This document shows positions 40,417 to 51,029 of a stretch of DNA of 64,000 nt, one piece after another. Where the stretch lies: positions 3,092,340-3,156,339 of the forward strand of contig CBDDED010000003.1 of assembly GCA_965226825.1 (NCBI GenBank), read 5' to 3'. A program made the position numbers and the translations under genes. The notes below the pieces were generated by a model, which had not been told where the DNA came from, made no database searches, and saw only the letters and a list, made by a program, of their open reading frames with translations. Within the stretch, counting starts at the first letter, position 1, and each line of letters begins with the position of its first letter. This stretch comes from Dehalococcoidia bacterium (GTDB lineage Bacteria; Chloroflexota; Dehalococcoidia; Lucifugimonadales; UBA3495).

Positions 40417-41265
40417 ATGGGACCAAAGTTGGTGGACCACCTGTTGTACGAACCCGAAGAATCCGGAATTCTCTGGATTAGGTTCAACCGCCCGGAGCGG
40501 ATGAATGCCCTTATTGGGTCTTCTGAGGAAAACAGTACGGTGGCGAAGGTTGGCGAGTACATGCGGGCGGGAGACGATGACCCCAACATCCGGGTGATAG
40601 TGCTCACCGGAGTGGGAAGAGGGTTCTGTTCCGGCGCGGACATGCGGCGGGACACTCCGGACGATATCAAGGGAGAGAATTCTATCGGAAACCGGAGCGA
40701 AACATCCGGACCTGACTCCAGCCGGCAGCATTTCTTCCACGGTTTCACCAAGGTGCACCGGGACATATCCCAGGTGCGCAAACCCACCGTGGCTATGATC
40801 AACGGCCCGGCGGTCGGGTCTGGCATGGATATGGCGCTGCACTGCGACATCCGGGTCGGCTGCGAAAACACCCGGTTCATCGGGTACCAGCAATTGGGCC
40901 AGATCGTTGAAAACGGCGGCAGTTACTACCTGCCCAAGATGGCGGGATTGGGCCGCGCCCTGGAGTTTGCGTACACCGGGCATCTGGATGCCCAGCGCGC
41001 CTACCAGTGGGGCCTGCTTAACCACCTGGTGGAGTCGGAGAAACTGGAGGAGACCACCAGGGAGCTTTGCGACCGCATCATGCGAACGCCTCCGATGGTG
41101 CAGTGGGTCAGCAAGCGCATCATGCGCGCCTCTTTGGACAGCACTTTGGAGAATACCATGGTCATGACGTCCAACGCCGGTGGCATTCTCAACGGGTCTG
41201 AAGACGCCGTTGAAGCCAGGCAGGCCTTCCTGGAGAAGCGGGCGCCAACGTTCCACGGCAGGTAG
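40417..41265 (+). CDS. enoyl-CoA hydratase/isomerase family protein
   Basis: FNRPERMNA, GFCSGAD and NGPAVGSG motifs. Confidence 0.9.
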   Translation: MGPKLVDHLLYEPEESGILWIRFNRPERMNALIGSSEENSTVAKVGEYMRAGDDDPNIRVIVLTGVGRGFCSGADMRRDTPDDIKGENSIGNRSETSGPDSSRQHFFHGFTKVHRDISQVRKPTVAMINGPAVGSGMDMALHCDIRVGCENTRFIGYQQLGQIVENGGSYYLPKMAGLGRALEFAYTGHLDAQRAYQWGLLNHLVESEKLEETTRELCDRIMRTPPMVQWVSKRIMRASLDSTLENTMVMTSNAGGILNGSEDAVEARQAFLEKRAPTFHGR

Positions 41266-41280
41266 CAGAGCAACCAAATT

Positions 41281-41308
41281 CCGGGCATTCCGACCGAGGG
41301 ATGCCCGG
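41281..41308. terminator. GC-rich hairpin after the hydratase gene (putative terminator)
   Basis: ccgggcattcc-N6-gggatgcccgg; no U-tract. Confidence 0.45.
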
Positions 41309-41522
41309 ACGGGCCCTCACGCCACTGAGCTTTTTGGCCGGCGTTGATTCTGTGGATGCCCTTTAGGGGCTCTTGCGCGGACGGGGCATTCCCGATAGGG
41401 CGGGAGGCTTACCCCGGAGATGCTTCCTTGCCGGGACAGTTTGAGCCCATCCTGGCCATGTGCACTGGCGCGGGCCGACGAGCGGAAGTGAGAGTGAGGA
41501 CCGTGTCTTGAGGCAAGATATT

Positions 41523-41598
41523 TGGTCGGGGTGAGTGGACTCGAACCACCGGCCTCTTCGTCCCGAACGAAGCGCGCTAGCCACTGCGCTACACCCCG
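41523..41598 (-). tRNA. tRNA-Pro (anticodon CGG)
   Basis: CGGGGTG acceptor stem, cttcg-TTCGGGA-cgaag anticodon arm, GGTTCGAGTCC T-arm, encoded CCA; TATAAT upstream (41623-41628). Confidence 0.97.
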
Positions 41599-41647
41599 AG
41601 CCTGGCAGTTTAACCAGGCGCTATTATACGCCAATCCGGGGGTCTTT

Positions 41648-41717
41648 TTACCACAGGGAGCGCAGAGGTTTTTGGTCAGTAGACGTAATCCAAAAGACTC
41701 TGCACTCTCAGTGGTAA
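41648..41717. repeat. palindromic CACAGAG-type extragenic repeat
   Basis: ttaccacagggagcgcagag...ctctgcactctcagtggtaa; related half-copy at 36857-36883. Confidence 0.6.
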
Positions 41718-41731
41718 CTTGACCGCCATTC

Positions 41732-42325
41732 CTAGCCCTGCGGTTCCAGCATCATTTGGACCTTCTCTTCCAGGACTTCCCGGTCCAGCACTCCGGTCCA
41801 CCGTTCGAAGATTGAGCCGTCGGCGTTGATGAACACCGTGGTTGGCATCCCGATCACCTTGTAGTTCGGGATTACGTCGGCGTCGTTAGTGAATCCGGCA
41901 GGGTAGGTGATATTCAAATCCCGCAGCAGGTTTTCCGCGTCGCCCTGGGAACCCAACCCCATGAATTGGCCGATGTCCACGCCCACCAGCGTTGCATCCT
42001 CCTTGTTCTCGTCGTAAAAGGCCTGCAGGTCCGGCATTTCTGCCCGGCAAGGGGGACACAAACCGGCCCAGAAATTCAGCACCACCGGTTTGCCTTTGAG
42101 GTCGCTAATTTGGAGTTCGTCACCCGCTGGAAAGCCTTCACCTTGGAATAGCGTAAATGCTAAATCGGGAGCCGGTTCCCCGGGACTGCTGCACGCCAAC
42201 GCCAGCATCATCATCAGAGCGCCCAAGGCGGGTAGGACGATCCAGCGTTTCCGGTACTCCAGGGGTTGCCTGGGGACATTGACATCAATCCAAGTATCTG
42301 GGCGTCCTGAGGACGGTCCGGTCAT
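41732..42325 (-). CDS. TlpA/ResA-like thiol-disulfide reductase lipoprotein
   Basis: LNFWAGLCPPCRAEMP motif; lipobox LALAC. Confidence 0.88.
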   Translation of the reverse strand: MTGPSSGRPDTWIDVNVPRQPLEYRKRWIVLPALGALMMMLALACSSPGEPAPDLAFTLFQGEGFPAGDELQISDLKGKPVVLNFWAGLCPPCRAEMPDLQAFYDENKEDATLVGVDIGQFMGLGSQGDAENLLRDLNITYPAGFTNDADVIPNYKVIGMPTTVFINADGSIFERWTGVLDREVLEEKVQMMLEPQG

Positions 42326-42407
42326 ACTCGCTGCTCTCCCTGTGTGAAGGTATGCGCCGCCGTTGGGTAACCGGCGGATACCCCGGATAGCTTCACGTCA
42401 GATAGCC

Positions 42408-45400
42408 TCACGTTCTCGGGGCTACGGCCAGGTCCTTGAGGCTCTGTTGAAACACCTGCAATCGTTCGATGACCAGGGTCAGCCTGGACAGCCACTGCTT
42501 TCCCAACTGTCGCATGGACAGGTGAATCTGCTGATTACCGACTTTGGCTGCCGGGCCGAGGGCTTTTTCCAATGGAATCCTTGCTCCTCCGATTGGTACG
42601 GCCAGGGAAAGGGCAATGGATTCACTATCATGAGTTATCGACTGGATCCCCACCGAGCCGGCCAGCGCCCGCAGGGCGGCCAACTTCAGGAGCGATTCCG
42701 TTTCATCCGGCAGCGGGCCGAACCGGTCGCGAAGCTCCTCCTGAAGCGCCTTTACCTCGCCGCGGCCCCTTATCTTGGCGATCCTTTGGTACACCGCCAG
42801 CCGCGTGGGGAGATGCGCGATGTAGCTTTCCGGAATCTGGGCCGGTTCCGGCAGTTCCACCCGGGGGAACCCGGATTCCTCCGTTGTGGACGGCTGGGGC
42901 CCCTGTTCCTGCGACGCTTTCAGCTGGTCGACGGCCTCTTGCAGCAACTGGCTGTAAAGACTGAGGCCCACGTCATAAATGTGGCCGCTTTGGGCGCCGC
43001 CCAGCAGGTTCCCCGCCCCTCGAATTTCCAGGTCTCGCATGGCGATGCGGAATCCGGACCCCAACTCGGATGCTTCCAGGATTGCCTGGATGCGCCTTTC
43101 GGCTGCTTCGGTGATGCGGCGGCCCTTCGGCAGCAACAGGTAGGCGTAGGCCCGGTGCTCTCCTCGCCCGACTCGACCCCTTAGCTGGTAAAGCTGGGAT
43201 AGGCCGAACCGGTCGGCCCGGTCCAGAATCAGGGTGTTGACGTTGGGCATGTCCAGGCCGGACTCGATGATGGTGGTGCACACCAGGATGTCGGCCTCGC
43301 CCGCAGCAAAGGCCATCATGACGTCTTCCAGGTCCGACTCAGGCATCTGGCCGTGGCCGACCAGGATCCGGGCTTGCGGCACCAACTCGGCCAGTTGGGC
43401 TGCGGTTTGCCCGATGGTTCGTACCCGGTTATGCAGAAAGAACAACTGCCCGTTTCGTTCCAGTTCCCGGAGAATCGCCTCCTTGATAACGTCCTCGCTG
43501 TACTCGGAGGCGAAGGTCTTGACCGGAAGCCGCGCCTCTGGAGGCGTGTCCATGGTGCTCAAATCTCTTATGCCGGAAAGGGCCTGGTTCAGCGTTCGGG
43601 GGATGGGCGTTGCGCTCAGCGTCAACACATCCACCTCCCGGCGCAACTGAACCAGTCGTTCTTTGTGGGCCACGCCAAAGCGCTGCTCTTCATCCACCAC
43701 CGCCAGGCCCAGGTTCTTGAAACCAATGTCCTTTTGCAGCAACCGGTGGGTGCCGATCACAATATCTACGTCGCCGGACTTGAGGCCCGCAACCACTTCT
43801 TCCTGTTCCTTGGGCGTTCGGAAGCGGCTGAGGACCTCCACCCTGACCGGGTAGGGGCTGAGACGCTCGCTGAACGTGGCGTAGTGCTGCTGAGCAAGGA
43901 CGGTGGTCGGCACCAGGATCCCAACCTGAAACCCATCATTAACTGCCTTGAACGCCGCCCTCAGGGCCACTTCGGTTTTTCCATAGCCAACGTCGCCGCA
44001 GATCAGGCGGTCCATGGGCTTGGCCTCTTCCATGTCGGTTTTGACCTGGTCGATGGCCCGGGATTGGTCCGGGGTCTCTTCGAAGGGAAATGCGTCTTCC
44101 AACTCTTGCTGCCAGGTGGTGTCGGGGCTGAAGTCGTGACCTTGTGCGGTCTGGCGAGCGGCATGGAGTTTCAACAAGTCCTCGGCCAGTTCCCGGGTTG
44201 CGCCCTTGACCTTTTCTTTGATCCTGGCCCATTCTGCCGTGTTGAGCCGGGTCAACGCTGGGGACTGGTCTTGAGCGCCGATGTAGGAAGAGACCCGGTC
44301 CAGGTGGTCTGTGGGCACGTACAGCTTGTCTTTGTCGGCGTACTCCAGGACCAGGTACTCTTTGTCGTCGGAGTCTCCGGATGTCAGGTCGTCCCCGAGG
44401 CGCGTCGTCCCGGCGAACCTGGCCACCCCGTGGTCCACGTGGACCACGAAGCTGCCCGGGACCAGGTCCGAAAGCACGATATCGGGCCCTCCCTCAGCTT
44501 TCCTGGTGCGGCGGTAGCGGCGTTCTTTAACCGTCCCGAACAATTCCGCGTCGGTGAGCAGGGCCAGGGAGCGCAACCCGTCCCCGGCCTCCCCGGGAGC
44601 CGGACTGGTTTCCTGGGCGCCATTCAACTGGACTACCCATCCTTCGGGCAGGGAACCGGCCAGGACGCGCATAACGCCGGGTTCTACGGGCTCCGCAATG
44701 TCTTCGGTGATGGTGGCTCCGACCCCTTGCTGCTCCAGGATGTCGGCCAGCCGGCGGGCGTGCTGGGTGACTGCAACTACCGACGCGCCTTCAAGCTGAT
44801 ATCGACGGACGTCGGCGGCCAACTGCTCCAGCCTGCCATAGTAGGGCGGAGAGGGCTGGAAAATTTGGTCCTCACTTTCGTGGACCCAACTTTGCAGGGA
44901 AATGCGCCGGTGGCCCTCCATGGTGTCCTGAAACCGGTTCCACGGTTGATACGGCGGGGGGAAATTGCCCGGCAACTCACCGCGCTCCTCCCGTGTTTCC
45001 CGCATCCGTTGGAACCTGTCCTCCAATTCCAGGGCTTCGGCCTCGACCTGCCCGGCCCTTTCCAGGATCAGGAATCCGTTGGCCGGCAGGTACTCCAACA
45101 GGCTCGACTCGTTTAGCAGCCCGTTGTAGAACGACAGGGTTTCCGAGTTGGGCGCTGAAGACAGTGAAGCCAGCTCGTCTTCAATTCGGTCCCGGGTCTC
45201 GCCGGAACAGCGCGCGTAGTCCAGCCGCGCGATGCGCGTCTCCAGGGAGGCCGCGTGGACCAACCCCGGCAATTGCTCCCGGGCGGGAATCAGGGTCACC
45301 GAGCCGGCGTCGGCTACCGAACGCTGAGTGTGGGGGTCAAACGTCCGGATTGTGTCCACCTGGTCGTCCCACAGTTCTATCCGGAAAGGCAAGACTGCGT

Positions 45401-46031
45401 CGGTAGGAAAGACGTCGATGATCCCGCCCCGGTGGCTGAACGAACCCGGCGATTCCACCAACGCCTCGTGCCGGTAACCTAGTTCGACCCAACTATTAAG
45501 CATTTGGCCAAGGCCGATTCGCTGCTCCAGGGACACGCAAGCGGTGGCCAAGGGGTTGCCGGCAGACACCGGGCTTGCGTTCAAACCGGGGTTGAAAACG
45601 GAAGGCGGCAGGGTCAACCGGAGGGCAGCGCCCACCGAGGCGACTACCAGCGGCGGCGATTGAGTCGGGCCGACCTCTCCGTCCGGGGAGCCGGCCAAAG
45701 CGGCCAGGGCGGCCAGCCGCTGGTTGCCGGTATGGGCGTCTACGGACAGCCGTTCAAAGGGAAGCACCTCGGGTTCCGGCAGCAGGTAGGTCGGGGAGTC
45801 CTCTCCCAGATAGGTTTGAAGGTGGTCGTGGAGACGCCGGGCGTCTTCCGGCCTGGGCGTCAGCACCAGAATCGGGGCTCGCAGAGTGCGCCAGAGGGAC
45901 CCGATGTAGGCCGGTCTGGCCCCTTGGCGAACGGTAATGGGAGAGGGATCTTGGAGACTGGTGAGGGTTGCCACATGGCGGCGGAACGCGGGATGGGCAC
46001 CGATCACCGGCAGAATTCCGGATAAAGACAT
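42408..46031 (-). CDS. mfd: transcription-repair coupling factor
   Basis: GDVGYGKT, DEEQRFG and QLRGRVGR motifs; CarD-like and TRCF domains. Confidence 0.97.
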   Translation of the reverse strand: MSLSGILPVIGAHPAFRRHVATLTSLQDPSPITVRQGARPAYIGSLWRTLRAPILVLTPRPEDARRLHDHLQTYLGEDSPTYLLPEPEVLPFERLSVDAHTGNQRLAALAALAGSPDGEVGPTQSPPLVVASVGAALRLTLPPSVFNPGLNASPVSAGNPLATACVSLEQRIGLGQMLNSWVELGYRHEALVESPGSFSHRGGIIDVFPTDAVLPFRIELWDDQVDTIRTFDPHTQRSVADAGSVTLIPAREQLPGLVHAASLETRIARLDYARCSGETRDRIEDELASLSSAPNSETLSFYNGLLNESSLLEYLPANGFLILERAGQVEAEALELEDRFQRMRETREERGELPGNFPPPYQPWNRFQDTMEGHRRISLQSWVHESEDQIFQPSPPYYGRLEQLAADVRRYQLEGASVVAVTQHARRLADILEQQGVGATITEDIAEPVEPGVMRVLAGSLPEGWVVQLNGAQETSPAPGEAGDGLRSLALLTDAELFGTVKERRYRRTRKAEGGPDIVLSDLVPGSFVVHVDHGVARFAGTTRLGDDLTSGDSDDKEYLVLEYADKDKLYVPTDHLDRVSSYIGAQDQSPALTRLNTAEWARIKEKVKGATRELAEDLLKLHAARQTAQGHDFSPDTTWQQELEDAFPFEETPDQSRAIDQVKTDMEEAKPMDRLICGDVGYGKTEVALRAAFKAVNDGFQVGILVPTTVLAQQHYATFSERLSPYPVRVEVLSRFRTPKEQEEVVAGLKSGDVDIVIGTHRLLQKDIGFKNLGLAVVDEEQRFGVAHKERLVQLRREVDVLTLSATPIPRTLNQALSGIRDLSTMDTPPEARLPVKTFASEYSEDVIKEAILRELERNGQLFFLHNRVRTIGQTAAQLAELVPQARILVGHGQMPESDLEDVMMAFAAGEADILVCTTIIESGLDMPNVNTLILDRADRFGLSQLYQLRGRVGRGEHRAYAYLLLPKGRRITEAAERRIQAILEASELGSGFRIAMRDLEIRGAGNLLGGAQSGHIYDVGLSLYSQLLQEAVDQLKASQEQGPQPSTTEESGFPRVELPEPAQIPESYIAHLPTRLAVYQRIAKIRGRGEVKALQEELRDRFGPLPDETESLLKLAALRALAGSVGIQSITHDSESIALSLAVPIGGARIPLEKALGPAAKVGNQQIHLSMRQLGKQWLSRLTLVIERLQVFQQSLKDLAVAPRT

Positions 46032-46194
46032 TGACTAGGCTATTACTCCCGGTACAAAACAGTCGGTGCAATTCGACGGTTTCAACGGTAAACTCGCAAA
46101 GGGGCTCGCCGTCAGCGGCAGCCCCGTGCAAGTAATTGTACTAGTCACCGGCATTTTCGCACAAGGAGCCTCCGGCTTTGCCTCCTATCTCGCG

Positions 46195-46203
46195 TGCTAT
46201 AAT
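46195..46203 (+). promoter_or_regulatory. extended -10 promoter for proBA
   Basis: TGcTATAAT. Confidence 0.55.
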
Positions 46204-46293
46204 GATGGCCGGCCAGCCAAACCCCTCATCGCATGACTAGTCTGTCAAATTGCCCGCCCCTTGGTTATCCCTCGCTCGTCTGCTGAAAGCGCC

Positions 46294-47472
46294 ATGGCTT
46301 CAAAGGCCCCCTCTCTAAAACCGATTTATCGCCGCGTCGTGATCAAAGTCGGCACCAGCTTGTTGACGTTGGGGTCCGGCGACCATGGCCTTAACCGGGA
46401 AATAATCGCCGACCTGGTCCGCCAGATATGCCTGCTTCGAGACCAGGGCGTCGAGGCGCTGCTGGTGACTTCGGGGGCCGTCGCCGCCGGGCGGGAAGCC
46501 CTGGAATCTAGGCCGCGAAGCTCAAGCTCGTCGGGCCGCAGGCGGGTTCTGGCAGGACATGACATCCGCTCCCGGCAGGTGATGGCCGCCGTGGGGCAGA
46601 GCAGATTGATGCATGCCTACCAGGAGATGTTCGGTGGCCGGGGCCACATGGTGGCGCAAACCCTGCTGACCATCAATGACCTTACTGACCGCCAGGCCTA
46701 CCTCAACGTGGGAAACACCCTGACCGGATTGCTGGAACTGGGCGTAATTCCCATTCTGAACGAAAACGACGTTGTGGCAGTGGACGAGATCGGCGAGGTT
46801 TTCGGGGACAACGACCGCTTATCCGCCCTGGTCGCCAACCTGGTGGATGCTGATCTCCTAGTCATTTTGACCGACACCGACGGTCTTTATACCGCCGATC
46901 CCAATCTGGACCCCTCCGCCGAGTTGATACCCGAAGTCAACCGGGTGAATGAAGACATCATGGCGTTGGCTGGCAAGAATTTTAACCCCTGGGCCAGGGG
47001 CGGCATGCCGACCAAAATTGATGCCGCCCGGTTGGTCACGTCTTCCGGGATGGCAATGGTGATGTGCCGCGGTTCCGCGGAGGACGCAGTGTTGAAAGCA
47101 GCGCAGGGGCAGCCCATCGGCACCTTGTTCCACCCGGCCGCAGGAAAGCTGGAAGCCCGGAAACGCTGGATGTTGGGAGGAATCACCGTTCGCGGTGAGG
47201 TGGTGGTGGATGTGGGAGCCGCCCGGGCGTTGGGCCAGAAGCACGGCAGTCTCCTGCCCGCGGGCATAAAATCGGTCAATGGGAGTTTTCAACGCGGCGA
47301 CATCGTATATATTCTGGGCCCGGAGGGCGGCCGCATTGCCTGCGGAATCGCCAACTACCAATCGGCGGACGTTGCCCGCATCCAGGGCGTAAAATCGGAC
47401 AACATCCTTCCCATACTGGGTTACCACTACGGTGAAGAAGTAGTGCACCGGAATAACCTGGTGCTGTTGTAA
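46294..47472 (+). CDS. proB: glutamate 5-kinase
   Basis: VIKVGTS, NENDVV, FGDND and GGMPTK motifs; PUA domain. Confidence 0.95.
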   Translation: MASKAPSLKPIYRRVVIKVGTSLLTLGSGDHGLNREIIADLVRQICLLRDQGVEALLVTSGAVAAGREALESRPRSSSSSGRRRVLAGHDIRSRQVMAAVGQSRLMHAYQEMFGGRGHMVAQTLLTINDLTDRQAYLNVGNTLTGLLELGVIPILNENDVVAVDEIGEVFGDNDRLSALVANLVDADLLVILTDTDGLYTADPNLDPSAELIPEVNRVNEDIMALAGKNFNPWARGGMPTKIDAARLVTSSGMAMVMCRGSAEDAVLKAAQGQPIGTLFHPAAGKLEARKRWMLGGITVRGEVVVDVGAARALGQKHGSLLPAGIKSVNGSFQRGDIVYILGPEGGRIACGIANYQSADVARIQGVKSDNILPILGYHYGEEVVHRNNLVLL

Positions 47473-47606
47473 ACAGCGTTCCCCTGGGGGATTGGAAGTT
47501 AGCAATCCCACAGAGTCTAATCACAGGTTGATTTCTAAATGTCAGCCGGCGTACCGGTGATATCGGCCCGATGGCGGAAACCCGCCGGAAGTCTTACAGG
47601 AGCGAA

Positions 47607-48881
47607 ATGGCCACCACCGTCGAAGAACTTATAGTCATGGGGCAGGCGGCCAAGGCTGCGGCTCGGCAACTGGCCAGAACGCCCACCCAGGTCAAAAACC
47701 AGGCGTTGCTGAACATCGCCGACGCCCTGGAACTCAACCAGGGAAAGCTGCTGGTTGAGAATGAGAGGGACTACCAGGCGGCCAAATCCGGCGGCCTCAG
47801 CGAGGCGATGCTGGACCGGCTACAGCTTACTTCCGGCCGCATTGATGGCATGGCCCGCGACCTGCGGCAGGTGGCCGCGCTGCCGGACCCGGTTGGCGAG
47901 ACCATCGAGACCAGTAACCTGCCCAACGGATTGCGCCTCGACCGGCGGCGCGTCCCCCTGGGAGTTATCGGCAGCATTTATGAAAGCCGTCCCAACGTTA
48001 CCGTGGACATTGCCGGGTTGGCGCTGAAATCCGGCAACGCGTGCATTCTCAGAGGCGGGCGGGAGAGTATCTGGTCCAACCTCGCTCTTTCCAACCTGAT
48101 CCGTGAAGCAATCGGGCAGGCCGGGGTTGTCAAGGATGCCGTTCAGGTCGTGGACAATCCGGACCGGGCTTTGGTGGACGCCATGCTCCAGATGAAGGAG
48201 TACATCGACCTCCTGGTTCCCCGCGGCGGGGCCGACCTGATCCGGTTGGTGCGGGAGAGGGCCTCCATGCCGTCGGTTACCGGGGGAATAGGGGTTTGCC
48301 ACACGTACGTGGATGCCGCCGCCGACCTGGAGCAGGCCTCCGCCATTGTTTATAACGCAAAAGTCCGGCGCCCCAGCATTTGCAATGCTTTGGATACACT
48401 GCTGGTCCATTCAGACGTGGCCCCCCGCTTTTTGCCGCTGGCCGCCCAGGGACTCGCCGCGGCCGGTGTGGAGTTGCATTGCGACCACCGGGCATTGAGC
48501 ATGCTAGGCCCGCAGCACGGTCTGAACGCCGTCCCCGCCGGCGAGGACGACTGGGGCCGGGAATTCCTAGCCTTGATAGCCGCTGTTAAGGTGGTTGACT
48601 CGTTGGACGAGGCCCTGGCCCACATCGAGGAATATGGCTCGGGGCATTCCGAGGCCATCGTCACCGAGGACTACTCCGCTGCCATGCGGTTTGTCGACGA
48701 GACCGATGCGGCGGCGGTTTACGTGAACGCCAGCACCCAGTTCACCGATGGCGGGCAGTTCGGTATGGGCGCGGAAATCGGTATCAGCACCCAAAAGTTC
48801 CATGCCCGCGGCCCCATGGGACTGAAGGAACTGACCTCTTACAAATGGGTAGTCATGGGCAACGGGCAGGTCCGGGAGTAA
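47607..48881 (+). CDS. proA: gamma-glutamyl phosphate reductase
   Basis: IYESRPNVT, CNALDT and GAEIGISTQKFHARGPMG motifs. Confidence 0.96.
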   Translation: MATTVEELIVMGQAAKAAARQLARTPTQVKNQALLNIADALELNQGKLLVENERDYQAAKSGGLSEAMLDRLQLTSGRIDGMARDLRQVAALPDPVGETIETSNLPNGLRLDRRRVPLGVIGSIYESRPNVTVDIAGLALKSGNACILRGGRESIWSNLALSNLIREAIGQAGVVKDAVQVVDNPDRALVDAMLQMKEYIDLLVPRGGADLIRLVRERASMPSVTGGIGVCHTYVDAAADLEQASAIVYNAKVRRPSICNALDTLLVHSDVAPRFLPLAAQGLAAAGVELHCDHRALSMLGPQHGLNAVPAGEDDWGREFLALIAAVKVVDSLDEALAHIEEYGSGHSEAIVTEDYSAAMRFVDETDAAAVYVNASTQFTDGGQFGMGAEIGISTQKFHARGPMGLKELTSYKWVVMGNGQVRE

Positions 48882-48895
48882 TCGGGAGGCGGGTA

Positions 48896-49204
48896 TTGGC
48901 CGGTTTTAGATTCGAAAGGGAGGTCAGGACGCCTCACTCCGAGGCGTACACTATCCACGAGCAGGACCGGGCCGTCGGCCGGGTTGACATCCACTTTACC
49001 GAGGATCTGGTTCACGTGGCTGTGGCGGTGGACGAGAGCCTGACCCAGGACTCCATTCAGGAGATCATCGACAGTATCGACAAAGACCTGCTGGACGCCG
49101 TGGGAGTCACCCGGGAGGGTTTCGTGGTCCACGTATTCCAGGGAAGGGAAACCGGCGTATTCAGTGATGATGAAAGGTTCGGAGAAAACGGCAGCGAGGG
49201 TTAG
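48896..49204 (+). CDS. small acidic hypothetical protein downstream of proA
   Basis: TTG start after GGAGG; RTPHSEAY...GRVDIHF. Confidence 0.65.
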   Translation: MAGFRFEREVRTPHSEAYTIHEQDRAVGRVDIHFTEDLVHVAVAVDESLTQDSIQEIIDSIDKDLLDAVGVTREGFVVHVFQGRETGVFSDDERFGENGSEG

Positions 49205-50151
49205 CCGCTCTTGCGTTTCAGCGCCCTTTCCGCCGCGTCGCGGACGCCCTCAGCGGTGAGGCCCGCTTTCGCCATTAGCTCTTCAGGCTTGCCCGACTCG
49301 GCATAACCCCTCAGCGCCACCATCTCCAGCGGAACTGGATGACCCTGGCCCAGCGCCTGGCCCACGATGCTGCCCAGCCCGCCGTGAATGTAGTGTTCCT
49401 CGGCGGTAACGATGGCTCCGGTCTCCCTTGCCGCGGTCAGAATGGTGGCCTCGTCGGCGGGAGCAAGAGTGTGCATGTTAATCACCCTGGCCTGAATTCC
49501 GGACTGGGCCAACAAGTCGGCGGCATCCAGGCTCACCGAAACCATTACTCCGGTGGCGATGAGAGTGACGTCATTCCCTTGTCGCATAACCTCGGCGCGG
49601 CCCGGTGTGAACACGTAATCTCCGTCATGGACCACCGGCGTAGCCGCACGGGGCAGCCGGATGTACATGGGGCCGTCCAACGCCGCCGCCGCTCGCACCG
49701 CCTGGGCGGTTTCCACCGAGTCGGACGGGCAAATCACGGAAAAGCCCGGCAGCGAGCAGGCCAATGCCAGGTCCTCTATGCCCTGGGCGGACATTCCGTC
49801 TTCGCCGGTCAGAATCCCGGCGTGGGTGCAAACAAGCTTGAGGTTGAGGTGTGGTTGGGCCACCAGCACCCTGAGCTGATCGAAGGGGCGTCCCACGCCG
49901 AATACGGCAAAGGTGCTGACGAAGGGGATCTTGCCGGAGGCGGCCAGGCCGGCCCCCACTGCGATCAGGTTTTGCTCCGACGGGCCGAAGTCAAAGAACC
50001 GGTCAGGGTGTTGGTCCCGCCAGAGATGGGTGAAAACGGAGACGTTTAAATCGCCTCCCAACACCACGATGTCCGGGTGGTCCTCGGCCATGTCCAGCAG
50101 GGTCCTACCGTAGGTCTCCCGGTTAGAGACCATCTCCCTGGCGGCCGCCAT
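49201..50151 (-). CDS. transketolase, C-terminal subunit
   Basis: SEQNLI, THAGI.TGEDG and TAEEHY..GGLGS motifs. Confidence 0.92.
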   Translation of the reverse strand: MAAAREMVSNRETYGRTLLDMAEDHPDIVVLGGDLNVSVFTHLWRDQHPDRFFDFGPSEQNLIAVGAGLAASGKIPFVSTFAVFGVGRPFDQLRVLVAQPHLNLKLVCTHAGILTGEDGMSAQGIEDLALACSLPGFSVICPSDSVETAQAVRAAAALDGPMYIRLPRAATPVVHDGDYVFTPGRAEVMRQGNDVTLIATGVMVSVSLDAADLLAQSGIQARVINMHTLAPADEATILTAARETGAIVTAEEHYIHGGLGSIVGQALGQGHPVPLEMVALRGYAESGKPEELMAKAGLTAEGVRDAAERALKRKSG

Positions 50152-51029
50152 TAGGCTAACTCCTGCATGGCCCGGTCAAATTCTTCCTGGTTGGGGGCCC
50201 TTCCGTGGAAACCCGGGTTGTTTTCCATGAAAGAAACTCCCTTTCCTTTGATGGTGTGGGCGATGATTACGGTGGGGCGGGTGCGTCGCTTTTGCGCCTT
50301 GCCCAGGGTTTCCAACATCGACGTGAAGTCGTGCCCCGGGGTTTCCAGGACCCTCCAGCCGAAGGCCCGCCATTTCGCCGCCAGAGGCTCCAATTTCATC
50401 ACGTCATCGGTGAAACGGTCGTTTTGGATGCGGTTCCGGTCCACCACCGCGATCAGGTTGGTTACACCGTGGTGCGAGGCAGCCATTGCGGCTTCCCAGA
50501 TCTCGCCTTCATCACATTCGCCGTCACCCAAGACGGCGTACACCAGGTAGTCCTTTTGGCTGAGGCGGGCGGCCAGGGCACACCCCAGCGCGAATGACAG
50601 GCCCATACCCAGGGAGCCCGAGTTCATCTCTACGCCTGGGGTCATTGGGTGCGCGTGACCCTGCAGTCGGCTGTTTAGTCTTCGGAAAGTGGATAACTCT
50701 TCCCTGGGGATGTAGCCCGCCCTGGCGAGCACCGCATACAGGCCTGGAGAGGCGTGGCCCTTGCTCAGGATCAGCCGGTCCCGGTCTGGCCAGGCGGGGT
50801 TGCTCGGGTCGTGGCGCATTACGCGGAAGTACAGGGAAATCAGAATTTCCATCTCGGAAAGAGAGCCGCCCGGATGACCGCTCCCCGCATCAAAAATCGT
50901 CTTGATGGCGTCGCGGCGAATTTCCCGGGCCATGGTTTCCAACTCTGGGATGGTAAAACGGGGCGCTCCGAAGCGCCCGTTGAAGGTGGACGAAGTCATT
51001 CCGGCAACCGGCTTGGAGGATGTCGCCAA
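50151..51029 (-). CDS. transketolase, N-terminal subunit
   Basis: SGHPGGSLS, SKGHA and GDGECDEG motifs; TTG start after GGGAGG. Confidence 0.92.
   Translation of the reverse strand: MATSSKPVAGMTSSTFNGRFGAPRFTIPELETMAREIRRDAIKTIFDAGSGHPGGSLSEMEILISLYFRVMRHDPSNPAWPDRDRLILSKGHASPGLYAVLARAGYIPREELSTFRRLNSRLQGHAHPMTPGVEMNSGSLGMGLSFALGCALAARLSQKDYLVYAVLGDGECDEGEIWEAAMAASHHGVTNLIAVVDRNRIQNDRFTDDVMKLEPLAAKWRAFGWRVLETPGHDFTSMLETLGKAQKRRTRPTVIIAHTIKGKGVSFMENNPGFHGRAPNQEEFDRAMQELA

Noticed and set aside
41270-41522. Integration island at the tRNA-Pro 3' end
   Set aside because: No integrase and no duplicated tRNA 3' end noticed in the window.
43353-45116. 587-aa plus-strand ORF
   Set aside because: Antisense shadow of mfd.
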